64,000 nucleotides of DNA from Malacoraja senta (taxonomy: Eukaryota): NCBI GenBank assembly GCA_038087875.1, contig CM075988.1:3534001-3598000 (forward strand), given 5' to 3'. Shown here piece by piece: positions 22,386-35,441 of the stretch. Numbering within the stretch: the stretch's first letter is position 1; each line of letters opens with the position of its first letter. The notes below the pieces were generated by a model. It made no database searches, was not told the DNA's origin, and saw only the letters and a program-made list of their open reading frames with translations. The position numbers and the translations under genes were made by a program.

Positions 22386-24929
22386 ACCCTCTTTGCAAGA
22401 GGTGAGTGCAGAAGGGCAGATACGCTCTGACCCTGAGTCCGACGACTTCCAAAGGGAGGGCAGGCAGCTGCCAGAGCTGACACCGTGTGCAGCACGGTTT
22501 GCCATGTCGTCGGATGCTGGTGAGCCTCTGGGTGAGGAACTTGCCACCAGCATAAATTACCAAGTCTCACATCAGCTACAGGAGCTGACAATGGATGAGA
22601 CAGTAACGAAGTATGAAACCCCAATCAACTGTGGACTGTTAAAAGTTCCTGTTGGGAACAGGAAGAATTGGGGTAAGATGGGCATACTAATGAAAGCCCA
22701 GGAGCATGTGAAGCTCCAGCATATTTTTAAAGTTGCTGGCATCTGGTATAACGAGCTTTGCCAGGATGGTGGATGGAGAGGGCATGACAAATTACAACAA
22801 AAGGCGCTATTGTGGAGTGCCCACTTTGAGATCAATTGTCTCCGCAAGATGCGATTAGACCAACCATCAATGCTAAATATGCTTCACTCTGCCAGCCTGG
22901 CACAGTGCAACTGGCACAGCTGTTTGGCGAGGATTTCGCACAGCAGGTGAAGGAGCTGGAGGAGGAAGCTAAGACGGCAGCCACATATTCACCAAAGCGG
23001 AAGTATCCCTATAAGGGAGCAGACTGGTCCGGGCAAGGGACGAGTCCAGCTAGGATGCAGCGCAGTTGGCGTTCGGCTGTAGCACCGCCACGGAGGTGAG
23101 ATATCCAGCTCAAGGCCGGGCAAGAATGCCAGGTGGTAAGGAGGTAAGAGGGTCTGGTTCTCATGTAGACAGATCTAATGTGATACAATTAAATGTTTAC
23201 CTCAGATATGTTTATACTGAAGGTTATTCAAGAGCATCGAATAAAGCTTAAATGCAAATTCTGATTTACCCATGCAACATGTTCCAAAAAAGGAGTTTGA
23301 CTTCAGTATCACTGAACAATTGGAAGTTCAGCTGGAACTTGCAAGCTTATGTAATAAAGGTGTAATTGCTAAGGCAGTTTACCAAAGCCATCAGTTTGTG
23401 TCCAATATCTTTCCCAGACCAAAAAAGGATGGGGGGATGCAGAATTATACAGACCTGAATAGGCTTAACCCTTTTGTACGGTATAGACATGTTAAGATGG
23501 AAACGTTTGTGAAGGAGATCTTAAAGATGCGGATTCAGTGTCTGTTCATTTGCAGGATAGAAGATTTAAAATTCAGCTGGATGGGAATTATGCCAATACA
23601 ATCCACTGCCTAATGGTTTGTCTTCAGCTCCAAGAGGGATTACAAAGTTGTTAAAACCTATTCTAGGCATGATGAGAAGTCAAGGTCATGTGCTCATGGC
23701 TTAGCTAGATAATATCTTGATTGTAGGACAATCAAAGGAAACAGCTGAAGTATCAGTGGCAGTTGGTAAAAACTAATTTTTAATTGGGCTTTATAAGCTA
23801 TTCTGAAGAATCTAAATTTATACCTGGGACACAAATTGATTAGTTGGGTTCACAATGGACTTAATCAACATCATTGTGACCTTGCCCAGGCAAAAAAGGG
23901 TAGAGCTAATTAAGAGCTATATCAAGTTAATTGCTAACACACAGCCTTCAATTAGGCAGGTGACAAGACTGCTGTGGTAATGGCTGGCAGCATTTCCAGC
24001 AGTTCAATATGGCCACTTTATTATCTACAATTACAAAGGTCAAAGGAACAAGCATTGAGGATACATTGGGGTCATTATAATAGACCTATGCTTCTATCAA
24101 TAGAGGCTGTTGCTGATGTACAATGGTGGATTCAGCATGTGTCCACTAGTAGTTCCAAAGTGTTATTGGACCAAGTTTCCATGATTTGCAGACAGATGTC
24201 AGAGCACTTGGGTAGGGTGCTACTGATACAAGATCCAGCGGTGGAGACAGATGAACATTGCTTCTGCAAACATGGGGAATTAACCAAGAGTATTTTATGG
24301 ACTCAAGGCTTATGGCACTAACTAAACTAGTTGGCATGTGCAGTGCAAAATAGACAACACTGCAGCAGTTGCTGATATGAATCACATGGGTGGAATCAAA
24401 TCGTTATCATGTGACAGGTTGGCAAATACAATTGGACCTGGAGTAGGGATAGAGAGATTTGGATTGGAGCTATCTATCTGCCAGGGAAACTTAATGTAGT
24501 ACCAGATGGCAGCTCACGAAAATTCCATCATAACACAGAGTGGATGTGGAACCAGGATGTGTTCAAGAACATAGTACTTCTATATGGAAGGCCAAAATAT
24601 GTTTCATAGGCACCAGATCCAGGGGCAGTGGCAATTGATGCTTTTTCACTAAATTGGGATGATATGTTTGTGTACATTTTCCCACCATTCTGCCTCATAG
24701 GTCGGTGTTTGAGAAAATCAAGCAGGATGCCGCTTCAGGGGTTTTGGTGATACCAAATTGCCTGATTCAACCATGGTTCCCTTTGAGGTTACAGATAGCG
24801 ATCCAACCTCTTTTTGCTGATTCCAAACAGTAGGAATTTGCTGGAGCATCCAGTAACGCATTAAGTTCATCCGTTATGTGACGGTATGGATCTGTTAGTT
24901 TGCAGGTTTCAAGAATGCCTTACATTGGT

Positions 24930-25893
24930 CGAGGCCTTTCTAGGCCAACGGTGTATATACTCGCTGCAGTCTGGAGAAAGAGTACTCAAAAACAGTATAT
25001 GACATGAAAAAAAAAAAAAAAAAAGGAACAATATTGTGTTCAAAAGAATATTCAATATGATACTGTAGTTATTGAAAATGTGTTAGAGTTTATCTACACT
25101 TTATTATGATGAAGGTCTTAGCTATACTGCTATCAATACAGCTAGAAGTGCTTTGTCCGCATATCTTGTAATAGGTACACGGACACAAAGTATAGGTTCT
25201 CACCCTCTCATATCTAGGTTGATGAAAGGAATCTAATTCCAAACCGCCTAAGCCTAGGTATATGGTAATCTGCGAGTTAAGCGTTGTTCGTAACATACTT
25301 CGTCATTGGGTCCCTGTCACGGCTATAACTTTGTTAAAATTAACCATGAAATTGGCTATGCTAATGGCATTGGTGTCAGTACAGAGAGTGCAGACTTTCC
25401 AAAAAACTTCAGTTCGAGAGAATGGAAGTGAATACAGAGAATGTTCTGTTTTATATTTCTGACCTGCTCAAACAAAGCAGGCCAGGTGTGACAGGTTTTA
25501 AGATTGTGTTCTCAGCATATCCTACAGCTCCATGTTTATGTGTAAGGACACATTTGTTACATTACATTGAAGCCACAAGGGCTTTAAGACAAGAAGAAAC
25601 AGGATTATTTGTCAGTTACAAAAAGCCAACATAAAAGAGTGGCAGTTCAGACTATCTCAAGGTGGTTAAAGCAAGAGTTGGTTCAGGCAGGAATTAACAT
25701 TTATGTGTTTACATCTCATTCCACTAGCGCAGTAGCAACATCCGCGGCCAGGGCGATGGACGTTCCCATCGACCATATATTAAAAGTTGCAGGTTGGAAA
25801 AATGAACTTGTGTTTCAGCAATACTACCATCGGCCGATTGCCGATGGAGGGCTGTTTGCTAACTCATTATTGAGTGCTGTTGCTATTGTTTAA
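24930..25893 (+). pseudogene. DIRS tyrosine recombinase ORF (disrupted)
   Basis: GLSYTAINTARSALS, HPLISRLMKG, LKQSRPG, QTISRWLK, HSTS, GWKN..FQQYY spread over several frames. Confidence 0.88.
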
Positions 25894-26102
25894 AGTCTGT
25901 TTTCAATACTGTTTCATTCTGTTTCGTTTGTTGCCCTACATTAAGAGGATTTATTGGTTGTTTTATGACCAAAAATAAAACTGTTTTGTTTTTGCATGAT
26001 ATGCAATGTCATGTTTACAGCATTATTGATGATACTCAGTCAATCGATGCAGTGAGAAGCCGGGATTTTGATCTGCGGCATAAAAATCACAGAGCTTTAA
26101 AA

Positions 26103-26214
26103 TCTTCACGTAGTCACTCACGTGACTCCGAAGTAAAATAGTAAGATTAAACGAGAACTTACCAGTTTGAAGTTTGATCTTTATTTTATGAGGAGTTACG
26201 TTGGTGATTACGTG
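26103..26214. other. DIRS internal complementary region (ICR)
   Basis: Left part is the reverse complement of the left terminus (21627 onward); right part is the reverse complement of the right terminus (26366-26441). Confidence 0.92.
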
Positions 26215-26443
26215 CCCGCCACGCCCAACCCTCTCTCATAGAAAAAAGGTCATAATGGTAGTTCTCATGTTGATCATCTTAATATGTTACTTCAATTATG
26301 GTGTTGTCTGTGATTTCATACCGCTGCTTTGAAGATTGACGCGCATGCGCCCTGACGGGGTTCTTCACGTAATCACCAACGTAACTCCTCATAAAATAAA
26401 GATCAAACTTCAAACTGGTAAGTTCTCGTTTAATCTTACTATT

Positions 26444-26980
26444 CCTCGTCTCTCCCAGCTTTAGTATATTCCTCCCTGCCATTGAAACCCTCTTGACTTA
26501 CATCCAACCCTGTCGTACTATCCACCATCAACATTTGTAATCAATTTTGTTGTCATTATAAGTTTACATCAGCTTCAGTTCTGGGTCCCATTCACAGTAA
26601 CCATTTATTCCCCCCCTCCACACTTGATTCAACCTTTAGACAGTGGCGTTTGAATGGTCTTATGTATGTTAAGGATTTATACACTAACAACATATTTGAT
26701 AGTTTTGTTAACCTACACAGAAAATATGGCCTCCCACATAATCATTTCTTTAAATATCTTCAGGTCCGTCACTTTGCCATGAAAAAAATTCTCTCTTTTC
26801 CTGATTTCCCGCCTGTCACAGTGTTGGATAAACTCACTTTTACCTTTGCAAATAAAGGACAGTAGTATATTCTCAACTGATGTCTTTAGGAGATCAAAAC
26901 CTGAACAAAGTTAAAACTAGGTGGGAGGACGACCTTGGTATAGATCTGTCTGAGGAATGCTGGACAGAAGCACTAGTCAG
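26444..26980 (+). pseudogene. Outer L1-B ORF2 continuation
   Basis: Rejoins in frame across the DIRS (ESQSSY|SSSLPALVYS); KYGLPHNHFFKYLQVRHF. Confidence 0.88.
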
Positions 26981-29801
26981 TCATAGCTATTAATGATTAT
27001 GATATAGTTGGGATCACGGAGACATGGCTCCAGGGTGACCAAGGCTGGGAGCTGAACATCCAGGGATATTCAATATTCAGGAGGGATAGAGAGAAAGGAA
27101 AAGGAGGTGGGGTAGCATTGCTGGTTAGAGAGGAGATTAACGCAGTGGAAAGGAAGGACATTAGCTTGGAGGATGTGGAATCGGTATGGGTAGAGCTGCG
27201 AAACACTAAGGGGCAGAAAGCGCTGGTGGGTGTTGTGTACAGGCCACCTAGCAGTAGTAGTGAAGTTGGGGATGGCATCAAACAGGAAATTAGAAATGCG
27301 TGCAACAAAGGCAAAACAGTTATAATTAGTGACTTCAATCTACATATAGATTGGGTGAATCAAATTGGCAGGGGTGCTGAGGAAGAGGATTTCTTGGAAT
27401 GTATGTGGGATAGTTATCTAAACCAACATGTAGAGGAACCAACGAGAGAGCAGGCCATTCTAGACTGGGTATTGAGTAATGAGGAAGGGTTAGTTAGCAG
27501 TCTTGTTGTGCGTGCCCCCTTGGGCAAGAGTGACCATAATATGGTTGAGTTCTTCATTAGGATGGAGAGTGACATTGTTAATTCAGAAACAATGGTTCTG
27601 AACTTAAAGAAAGGTAACTTTGAGGGTATGAGACGTGAATTGGCCAAGATTGACTGGCAATTACTTCTAAAAGGGTTGACGGTGGATATGCAATGGACTG
27701 CATGGATGAACTACAAAAATTGTTCATCCCAGTTTGGCAAAAGAATAAATCAGGCAAGGTAGTGCATCCGTGGATAACAAGGGAAATCAGGGATAGTATC
27801 AAAGTAAAAATGATGCGTACAAATTAGCCAGAAAAAGCAGCATACCAGAGGACTGGGAGAAATTCAGAGACAAGCAGAGGAGGACAAAGGGCTTAATTAG
27901 GAAAGGGAAAATAGATTATGAATGAAAACTGGCAGGGAACATAAAAACTGACTGCAAAAGTTTTTATAGATATGTGAAGAGAAAGAGATTAGTTAAAACA
28001 AATGTAGGTCCCTTGCAGTCAGAAACAGGTGAATTGATCATGGGGAACAAGGATATGGCGGACCAATTGAATAACTACTTTGGTTCCGTCTTCACTAAGG
28101 AAGACATAAATAATCTGCCGGAAATAGCAGGGGACCGCTGGTCAAAGGAGATGGAGGAACTGAGTGAAATCCAGGTTAGTCGGGAAGTGGTGTTGGGTAA
28201 ATTGAATGGATTAAAGGCCGATAAATCCTCAGGGCCAGATAGGCTGCATCCCAGAGTACTTAAGGAAGTAGCTCCAGAAATAGTGGATGCATTAGTGATA
28301 ATTTTTCAAAACTCTTTAGATTCTGGAGTAGTTCCTGAGGATTGGAGGGTAGCAAACGTAACCCCACTTTTTAAGAAGGGAGGGAGAGAGAAAACGGGGA
28401 ATTACAGACCAGTTAGTCTAATATCGGTAGTGGGGAAACTGCTAGAGTCAGTTATTAAAGATAGGATAGCAGCACATTTGGAAAGTGATGAAATCATTGG
28501 ACAAAGTCAGCATTGATTTACGAAAGGTAAATCATGTCTGACGAATCTTATAGAATTTTTCGAGGATGTAACTAGTAGAGTGGATAGGGGAGAACCAGTG
28601 GATGTGTGGTATCTGGACTTTCAGAAGGCTTTTGACAAGGTCCCACATAAGAGATTAGTATACAAACTTAAAGCACACGGTATTGGGGGTTCAGTATTAA
28701 TGTGGATAGAGAACTGGCTGGCAAACAGGAAGCAAAGAGTAGGAGTAAACGGGTCCTTTTCACAATGGCAGGCAGTGACTAGTGGGGTACCGCAAGGCTC
28801 AGTGCTGGGACCCCAGCTATTTACAATTTATATTAATGAACTGGATGAGGGAATTGAAGGCAACATCTCCTAGTTTGCGGATGACATTAAGCTGGGGGGC
28901 AGTGTTAGCTGTGAGGAGGATGCTAGGAGTGCAAGGTGACTTGGATAGGCTGGGTGAGTGGGCAAACGTTTGGCAGATGCAGTATAATGTGGATAAATGT
29001 GAGGTGATCCACTTGTGGCAAAAACAGGAAAGCAGACTATTATCTAAATGGTGGCCGATTAGGAAAAGGAGAGATGCAGCGAGACCTGGGTGTCATGGTA
29101 CACCAGTCATTGAAAGTAGGCATGCAGGTGCAGCAGGCAGTGAAGAAAGCGAATGGTATGTTAGTTTTCATAGCAAAAGGATTTGAGTATAGGAGCAGGG
29201 AGGGTCTATTGCAGTTGTACAGGGTCTTGGTGAGACCACACCTGGAGTATTGCGTACAGTTTTGGTCTCCAAATCTGAGGAAAGACATTATTGCCATAGA
29301 GGGAGTGCAGAGAAGGTTCACCAGACTGATTCCTGGGATGTCATGACTTTCATATGAAGAAAGACTGGATAGACTCGGCTTGTACTCGCTAGAATTTAGG
29401 AGATTGAGAGGGGATCTTATAGAAACTTACAAAATTCTTATGGGGTTGGACAGGCTAGATGCAGGAAGATTGTTCCCGATGTTGGGGAAGTCCAGGACAA
29501 GGGGTCACAGCTTAAGGATAAGGGGGAAATCCATTAAGACCAAGATGAGAAAAACATTTTTCACACAGAGAGTGGTGAAACTCTGGAACTCTCTGCCACA
29601 GAGGGTAGTTGAGGCCAGTTCATTGGCTATATTTAAGAGGGAGTTAGATGTGGCCCTTGTGGCTAAAGGGATCAGGGGGTATGGAGAGAAGGCAGGTACG
29701 GGATACTGAGTTGGATGATCAGCCATGATCATATTGAATGGCGGTGCAGGCTCGAAGGGCCGAATGGCCTACTCCTGCACCTATTTTCTATATATCTATG
29801 T
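26981..29801 (+). mobile_element. CR1 LINE, near-complete decayed ORF2 plus 3' tail
   Basis: [75 protein letters not shown]1 3' hairpin and tail. Confidence 0.95.
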
Positions 29802-30315
29802 ATCATCATGTGCTAGATTGGGGCTAATACAGTTCAAAGTTTTACACAGGGTTCATTTAAGCAAAGCCAGGCTTGCTGACATATATCCGGGGACAGACGC
29901 TGGCTGTGACAGGTGCTCCTTCTCGCCAGCCAATCTAGTTCATGCATTCTGGTCTAGTCCCAAACTTGGTAACTACTGGGCAGTGGTTTTCAAAACCATC
30001 AGTGAAGTCCTTGGGATGACAGTGAGACCTTGCCTGCTTGTAGCTGTATTTGGTGTAGCAGATAAAACCTTGGGTTTAAATACAACCCAGTCTGATATCA
30101 TTACATTGACATCACTTTTGGCCCGTAGGAGAATCTTGCTGATCTGGAAATCTGCCACTCCTCCATCTGCTGCTGCTTGGCTGGAAGACGTGATTTTCTT
30201 TTAAGGCTAGAAAAGATTAGATTCACATTGAGGGGGCTGTGAAAATGTTTTATTTGAAATGGGAACCTTTTTTTAATCATACTTTGAGGGTCCAAAGGAA
30301 CCACCTATTGACTGA
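29802..30315 (+). pseudogene. Outer L1-B ORF2 C-terminus
   Basis: SSCARLGLIQFKVLHR, CDRC...HAFWS, LLARRRILLIWK. Confidence 0.9.
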
Positions 30316-30573
30316 GGGCATTTGACAGTAAGTGGGGAGCCGCCTTTATTCTGTTTTGTTACTTTATTATTGTTAAAATGTGCATTTGTATTTGTGATAT
30401 GTTTGTATTGTGAACACATTAGCTGCCAAGGAGTGTTTAGGGAGGGTGGGGAAGGGTTATTTTGTTATTATATATAAAAAACAAAATGGAGGGTAACGTA
30501 ATGCACTACGTCAGATGTACTGGGTTGTTTTTTCCTCCAGTAAAAAGAAAAAGAAAAAAAAAGTATAGTAGGG

Positions 30574-30830
30574 CCTTGGGTATTTGGGCCAAGTCTGTAT
30601 TAAACTAAACTAAACTAAACTAAACTAAACTAAACTAAACAGGTTGAGTTTCAACTAAACTAAAGATTGTCTGTACAGGCTGAGGAACCTCTGCAGCTCA
30701 TGGCCGTTGGTAACTTGCAGAGCCTCCTGTTCTCGCTTCATCCATCGGCAGTTGTTTAGATACTGGGCTATTTGCTGGAGCTGTGTCTCCTGGTGCCTGG
30801 AGAGCTGCTTCTTCTCATGTGTGGAATGAT
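30574..30830 (-). mobile_element. Old RTE fragment, continuation of the element cut by L1-B
   Basis: Minus strand reads GPNTQGPT into the TSD and continues on the other side at 4901-4615; upstream there is weak similarity to QQ...L.N..WM...QE...H....F. Confidence 0.6.
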
Positions 30831-32089
30831 GTAGTCATGGAGCTACAGAGATTGGAAACAGACCCTTCAGCCCAATTCGTATGTGCTATAATTTGTCTAC
30901 TCAAGCTTACCCCCCTTGTCTTTTTCTGCCCCATATCCCTCAAAATGGCACCCACCTATCTACCTGCCCAAGTGTCTTTTAAGTGTCATAAATTTACCAT
31001 TTCCTCTGACATTTTGACCCATCACCCTCGGACATGTAAAGGTCCCCTGTCATATTTCACTGAGAGGATGGTGGATGTATGGAACAAGGTGCCAGAGAGA
31101 GTTGTTGAGGCAGGTAGTACAATAACAACATTTGAAAGATGTGGATAGGCGCATGGATAGGAACAGTTTAGAGGGATCTTGGCCAAATGCAGGCAGCTTC
31201 TTGGTTGGTATGGTCGAGTCGGGTCGAAGGGCCTGTTTCTGTGCTGTATGTCTCTATAACTATGACTATGGCTCCAGGTGTCTTTAAATCCCCTCACCTT
31301 AAACCTATGCCTTCTAGCTTTTGTTCCCCCAACTCTAGGAAATAAATTGTGGCTATTCATCTTAACTATGCTGCTCAATATTTTATAAACCTCTGTCAGG
31401 TTGCCCCTCCATCTCCTACGCTCCAGCGAGAAATGACTCTGTTTATCCTTCCCCTCCCTACACCTTAAACCTTCCAGACCCGGTAACATCTTCATAAATA
31501 TCCTCGGACACTCACATGGAGGGGCACACAAGTGGGCATCACCTGGCAAGTAGACTTCCGCTCACTTACTCTGGTTTCCTCCCACACCCCATAGACGTGC
31601 AAGGTTGCAGGTTAATTGCGCTCTGTAAATTGCCTCAAATGTCCAAGGAGTGGATGAGAAAGTGGGATAACATAGAACTAGTGTGAATGGGTGATTGATG
31701 GTCGGTGTGGCCTCAGTGGGCCGAAGGGCCTGTTTCTATGCTGTATATCTCTACAACTATGACGATTCCTCCTCCTCTCTTTAAACACTCTCTCACTTTA
31801 AATCTGTGCCTTCTAGTTTTAGATTCCCCAGTAAAAGATTATTGCTATTCATCTTCTCTGCCACTCAATATTATATAAACCTCTATGTCTATAAACTAAA
31901 CTAAAGCGGCACCTCTCCAGCTGTTCCTGGTGTCTCCTGCTCCTAATCATTTCCGACAGCTTGACCTGTCATCACAGAACTATTAGTTCAGTGATTGATG
32001 GACGGGTGTGTGGTAATAGCCAAGTATTAGACGTATCTAAAAGGGTCTTATTTTAGAAGTTGAGAACTTTGCTGGCAATGCTGAGAGAC

Positions 32090-32432
32090 ACGCTAGAGGC
32101 AGGAAACATGTTCCCGATGTTGGGGGAGTTCGGAACCAGGGGCCACAGTTTAAGAATAAGGGGTAAGCCATTTGGAACGGAGATGATGAAAAACATTTTC
32201 ACACAGAGAGTTGTGAGTCGGTGGAATTCTTTGCCTCAGAGGGTGGTGGAGGCCGGTTCTCTGGAAGCTTTCAAGAGAGAGTTAGATAGGGCTCTTGAAG
32301 ATGTGGAGTCAGGGTATATTGGGTGAAGGCAGGAACAGGGTACTGATTGTGAATGATCAGCCATGATCACATTGAATAGTGGTGCTGGCTCGAAGGGCCG
32401 AATGGTCCTGCACCTATTGTCAATTGTCTAAT
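32090..32432 (+). mobile_element. CR1 3' fragment
   Basis: TRGHSLRIRG...FTQRVV..WNSLPQ, CR1 tail. Confidence 0.88.
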
Positions 32433-32671
32433 GTTTGCATTTATTATCCGCCTCAAGTTTCTTCTGAGCTGAGGGGAAAAGTTAGAGTGAATTCCATAAG
32501 GTCTTCAACCCAGTGTTGGGGAATCAAGAACCAGAGGACGTAGGTTTAAGCAGAGAGGGGAAAGATTTAATAGAAACCTGGGGGGTAACCTTTTCACACA
32601 GAGGGTGGTGGGTGTCTGGAACTAGCTGCCAAAGGAGGCAGCAGAAGCAGTTACTATAACATAGTACAGTG

Positions 32672-32960
32672 AAGTAGTGGTAGAGCGACTGCCTTACAGT
32701 GCCAGAGACCCGGGTTCGATCCTGACTACGGAGGCTTATCTGTACGGAGTTTGTACGTGACCTGTGTGGGGTTTTTCAACGACATCTTCAGTTTCCTCCC
32801 ACATTGCAAAGACGTACAGGTTTGTAGGTACATTGGATTGGTGTAAATGTAAAAACTGTCCCTGTGTAGGGTAGTATTGATGTGTGGGGATCGCTAGTTG
32901 GTGTGGACCCGATGGGCTGAAGGGCCTGTGTCCATGCTGAATCCCCAAACTAAACTAAAA
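32672..32960 (+). mobile_element. HE1/V-SINE-like SINE
   Basis: B box GGTTCGATCC, core, tail. Confidence 0.82.
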
Positions 32961-32989
32961 ACTGCATCTAAAGGAAACTTGGACAGATA

Positions 32990-33610
32990 CAGTGAAGAAA
33001 GCTAATGGCATGTTGGCCATCGTAGCGAGAGGATTTAAATTTAGGAGCAAGGAGGTCCTACTGAAGTCGTACAGGGCCCTGGTGAGACCTGGAGTATTGT
33101 GTGCAGTTTTGGTCTCCTAACTGGAGGAAGGATATTCTTGCTATTGAGGGAGTGCAGCGTAGGTTCACCAGGTTAATTCCCGGGATGGCGGGACTGACAT
33201 ATGTTGAAAGAATGGGTCGACTGAGCTTGTATTCACTCAAATTTAGAAGGATGAGAGGTTATCTTATAGAAATATAAAATTCTTACGGGGTTGGACAGAC
33301 TAGATGCAGGAAAATGTTCCTGAAGTTGGGGGAGTCCAGTATCAGTGGTCACAGTTCAAGAATAAAGGACTGAGGTGAGAAAAAACGTTTTCATACAGAG
33401 AGTTGTGAATCTGTGGTATTCTCTGCCACAGAAGGCAGTGGAGGCCAATTCACTGGATGTTTTTCAAGAGAGAGTTAGATATAACTCTTAGGGCTAACAG
33501 AATCATGGGATATGCGGAAAAAGCAGGAACAGGGTACTGATTCTGGATGATCAGACAGGCTCAAAGGACCAAATGGCCTACTCCTGCACCTACTTTCTAA
33601 GTTCTGTGTT
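32990..33610 (+). mobile_element. CR1 3' fragment
   Basis: LEYCVQFWSP, IEGVQRRFTRLIPGM, 3' hairpin. Confidence 0.88.
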
Positions 33611-33788
33611 TCAATGATCCCGACCACGGGTGCTGTCTGTAGGGAGTTTGTACATTCTCCCCATGACCTGCGTGGGCTTTCTCCGAGGTCTTCGGTTTCT
33701 TCCCGCACTCCAGAGACGTTCCGGTTTGTAGGTTAATTGGCTTGGTATAAATGTAAATTGTCCCTAGTTTGTGTAGGATAGTGTTAAC

Positions 33789-34051
33789 CTTGCATCGCCC
33801 GGCACGGCTTTAATGGATGCGGGACTTATTTACCACCGCCCGCCGGGGGCTTTGACTTTGATATCGGGAGGAGAATGGGGAGTGCAGGGGAGAGACAAGA
33901 CTTTGCCTTCCATCACAGCGAGGAGATTCACTGTGATGGATGTTTGTGTAAATTGTGTTGTGTCTTGGTTCTTTTTACTTGTTTGTATGACTGCAGAGAC
34001 CAAATTTCATTTGAACTTAGGTTCAAATGACAACAAATAAATTGTATCATC
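33789..34051 (+). mobile_element. Non-coding retroposed fragment with a Rex/L2-like 3' hairpin, inserted in a SINE (33616-34135)
   Basis: Hairpins CCATCACAG...CTGTGATGG and TCATTTGAAC-TTAG-GTTCAAATGA followed by AATAAA; SINE sequence resumes afterwards. Confidence 0.5.
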
Positions 34052-34514
34052 TGTGGGTAATGGTCGACGTGGACTCGGTAGGCCGAAGGACCTGTTTCCG
34101 CGCTGTATCCCAAAACCTAAAAAATCTAAAAACTAAGAAATAATGTGAACGTCTAATCGATGGGCTGCGTGGACTTGGTGAGCGACACGGTCTGTTTCCT
34201 TGCTGTATCCTTCAAGCAATCGATTTCTATCCTCAAAAGGATGTGAATGCACTGTAGAATTTGTTTGGGATCTGCACAGCAAACTGCAACTCGAATACAT
34301 CCCCAGCGCAAATCCCCACCAGCTGTCCCACACAGTCAGGGAGAACATGCAAACTCCACACACACAGACAATCCCCAACCAAGGTCAGGATCAAACCTGG
34401 GTCTCTGGCGCTGGGACGCAGCAGCTCTACCATCTGTGACAATATATTCCCATTACTGGACAATACATGAATCCAGACCCTGCCAGGGGTCCGTTCTGCC
34501 TCTCCAGAGACATG

Positions 34515-34715
34515 GAGTCACATAGCACGGAAACAGTCACATAACACGGACACAGAGTCACACAACACGGAAACACATACAACATGGAAACACAGTCATA
34601 CAACACGGCAACAGTCACATAACACGGACAGAATCACACAACATGGAAACATAGTCATACAACACGGAAATACAGAGTCATACAGCAAGGAATTATGGAA
34701 TCATACAACACAGAA
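34515..34715. repeat. ~20-bp minisatellite (ACAGAGTCATACAACACGGAA-like)
   Basis: About 9 degenerate units; resembles the reverse complement of the CR1/SINE tail. Confidence 0.75.
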
Positions 34716-35055
34716 GGATGTCAGGATGTGGAGAAGGCAGGAGAATGGGGTTGGGATGGAGAGATAGATCAGCCATGATTGAATGGCAGTTTCGGCATGA
34801 TGGGCCGAATGGCCTAATTCTGCTCGAAGAACTTATGAACTTATAAAACAGACCCTTCAGCCCAACTCACCCAGACTCTATGGAGTGGATGGAGACCCAG
34901 AGAGACCGGACTCTAATGACCAAAGTTGAATTGTAACCAGCGAGAGGTAAGGTGGTGGATTGTCACAGTCTGTGAGTAAATGGCGATCTATGCAAAGCCT
35001 TTGTAGACATCTGGTTGACAACAGAAATGTTTGACACTTGAAATCTTTTCCATAA

Positions 35056-35061
35056 TTTATT
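35056..35061 (-). promoter_or_regulatory. Candidate distal poly(A) signal for the minus-strand gene (alternative candidate at 36984-36989)
   Basis: AATAAA on the minus strand in non-repeat, U-rich context downstream of the KIRREL3 stop; no transcript evidence. Confidence 0.25.
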
Positions 35062-35227
35062 CACATTTTATCTTTACCGATTGAGTGCACAAAAAAAGCA
35101 AACGCAAGAAACGCCACTGGGGTCACGAGCACAGAATTGAACCGTTGAGGAGCAGAAGGCAAGTGTGGGGATGAACCGTCTCATTCTGAACATTCCTCTG
35201 TTGAAGAATGGTTCCCACGGGGACTCT

Positions 35228-35441
35228 GCCTGTCCCACTTACGCGATTTTCCAGCAGCGACCAGAAAAAGGACATGTCGCGGGGTGACGCCTGTTTGGCG
35301 GTGAGTAGTCGCCTAAAGAGTCGTACCTTTCTCTGGTCACCGCTGGATTTTCAACATTTTGACATTTTTCGGCGACTTGCTGCGACCATGACGGTTGCCG
35401 GCAAGTCGCTCAAAAAAAGCGCGTAAGTGGGACTGGCCCTT
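35228..35441. mobile_element. MITE (PIF/Harbinger-like)
   Basis: TIR cctgtcccacttacgcg ... cgcgtaagtgggactgg; related to 61668-61883. Confidence 0.7.

Larger units (their letters stand above)
21625..26443 (+). mobile_element. Complete but decayed DIRS1-type tyrosine-recombinase retrotransposon
   Basis: Inverted terminal repeats plus an internal complementary region. RT motifs SNIFPRPKKDGG, DLNRLN, KMET, and GLSSAPR. RNase H / methyltransferase-like remnants (YIFPPFCLI). YR remnants (TMKLAMLMALVS.QR, HST..ATSAA, AGW....FQQYY). Confidence 0.93.
4902..30561 (+). mobile_element. Full-length L1 (outer, 'L1-B') interrupted by multiple nested insertions
   Basis: TSD agtatagtaggg at 4890-4901 and 30562-30573; 5' end with ACTTCCGG; ORF1 at 5066-5944; ORF2 pieces from about 18830 to 30315; A-rich tail at 30542-30561. 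Confidence 0.92.

Noticed and set aside
25007..25024. Poly(A) run inside DIRS as a separate retro-insertion
   Set aside because: No clear TSD or element body; a homopolymer expansion is simpler.
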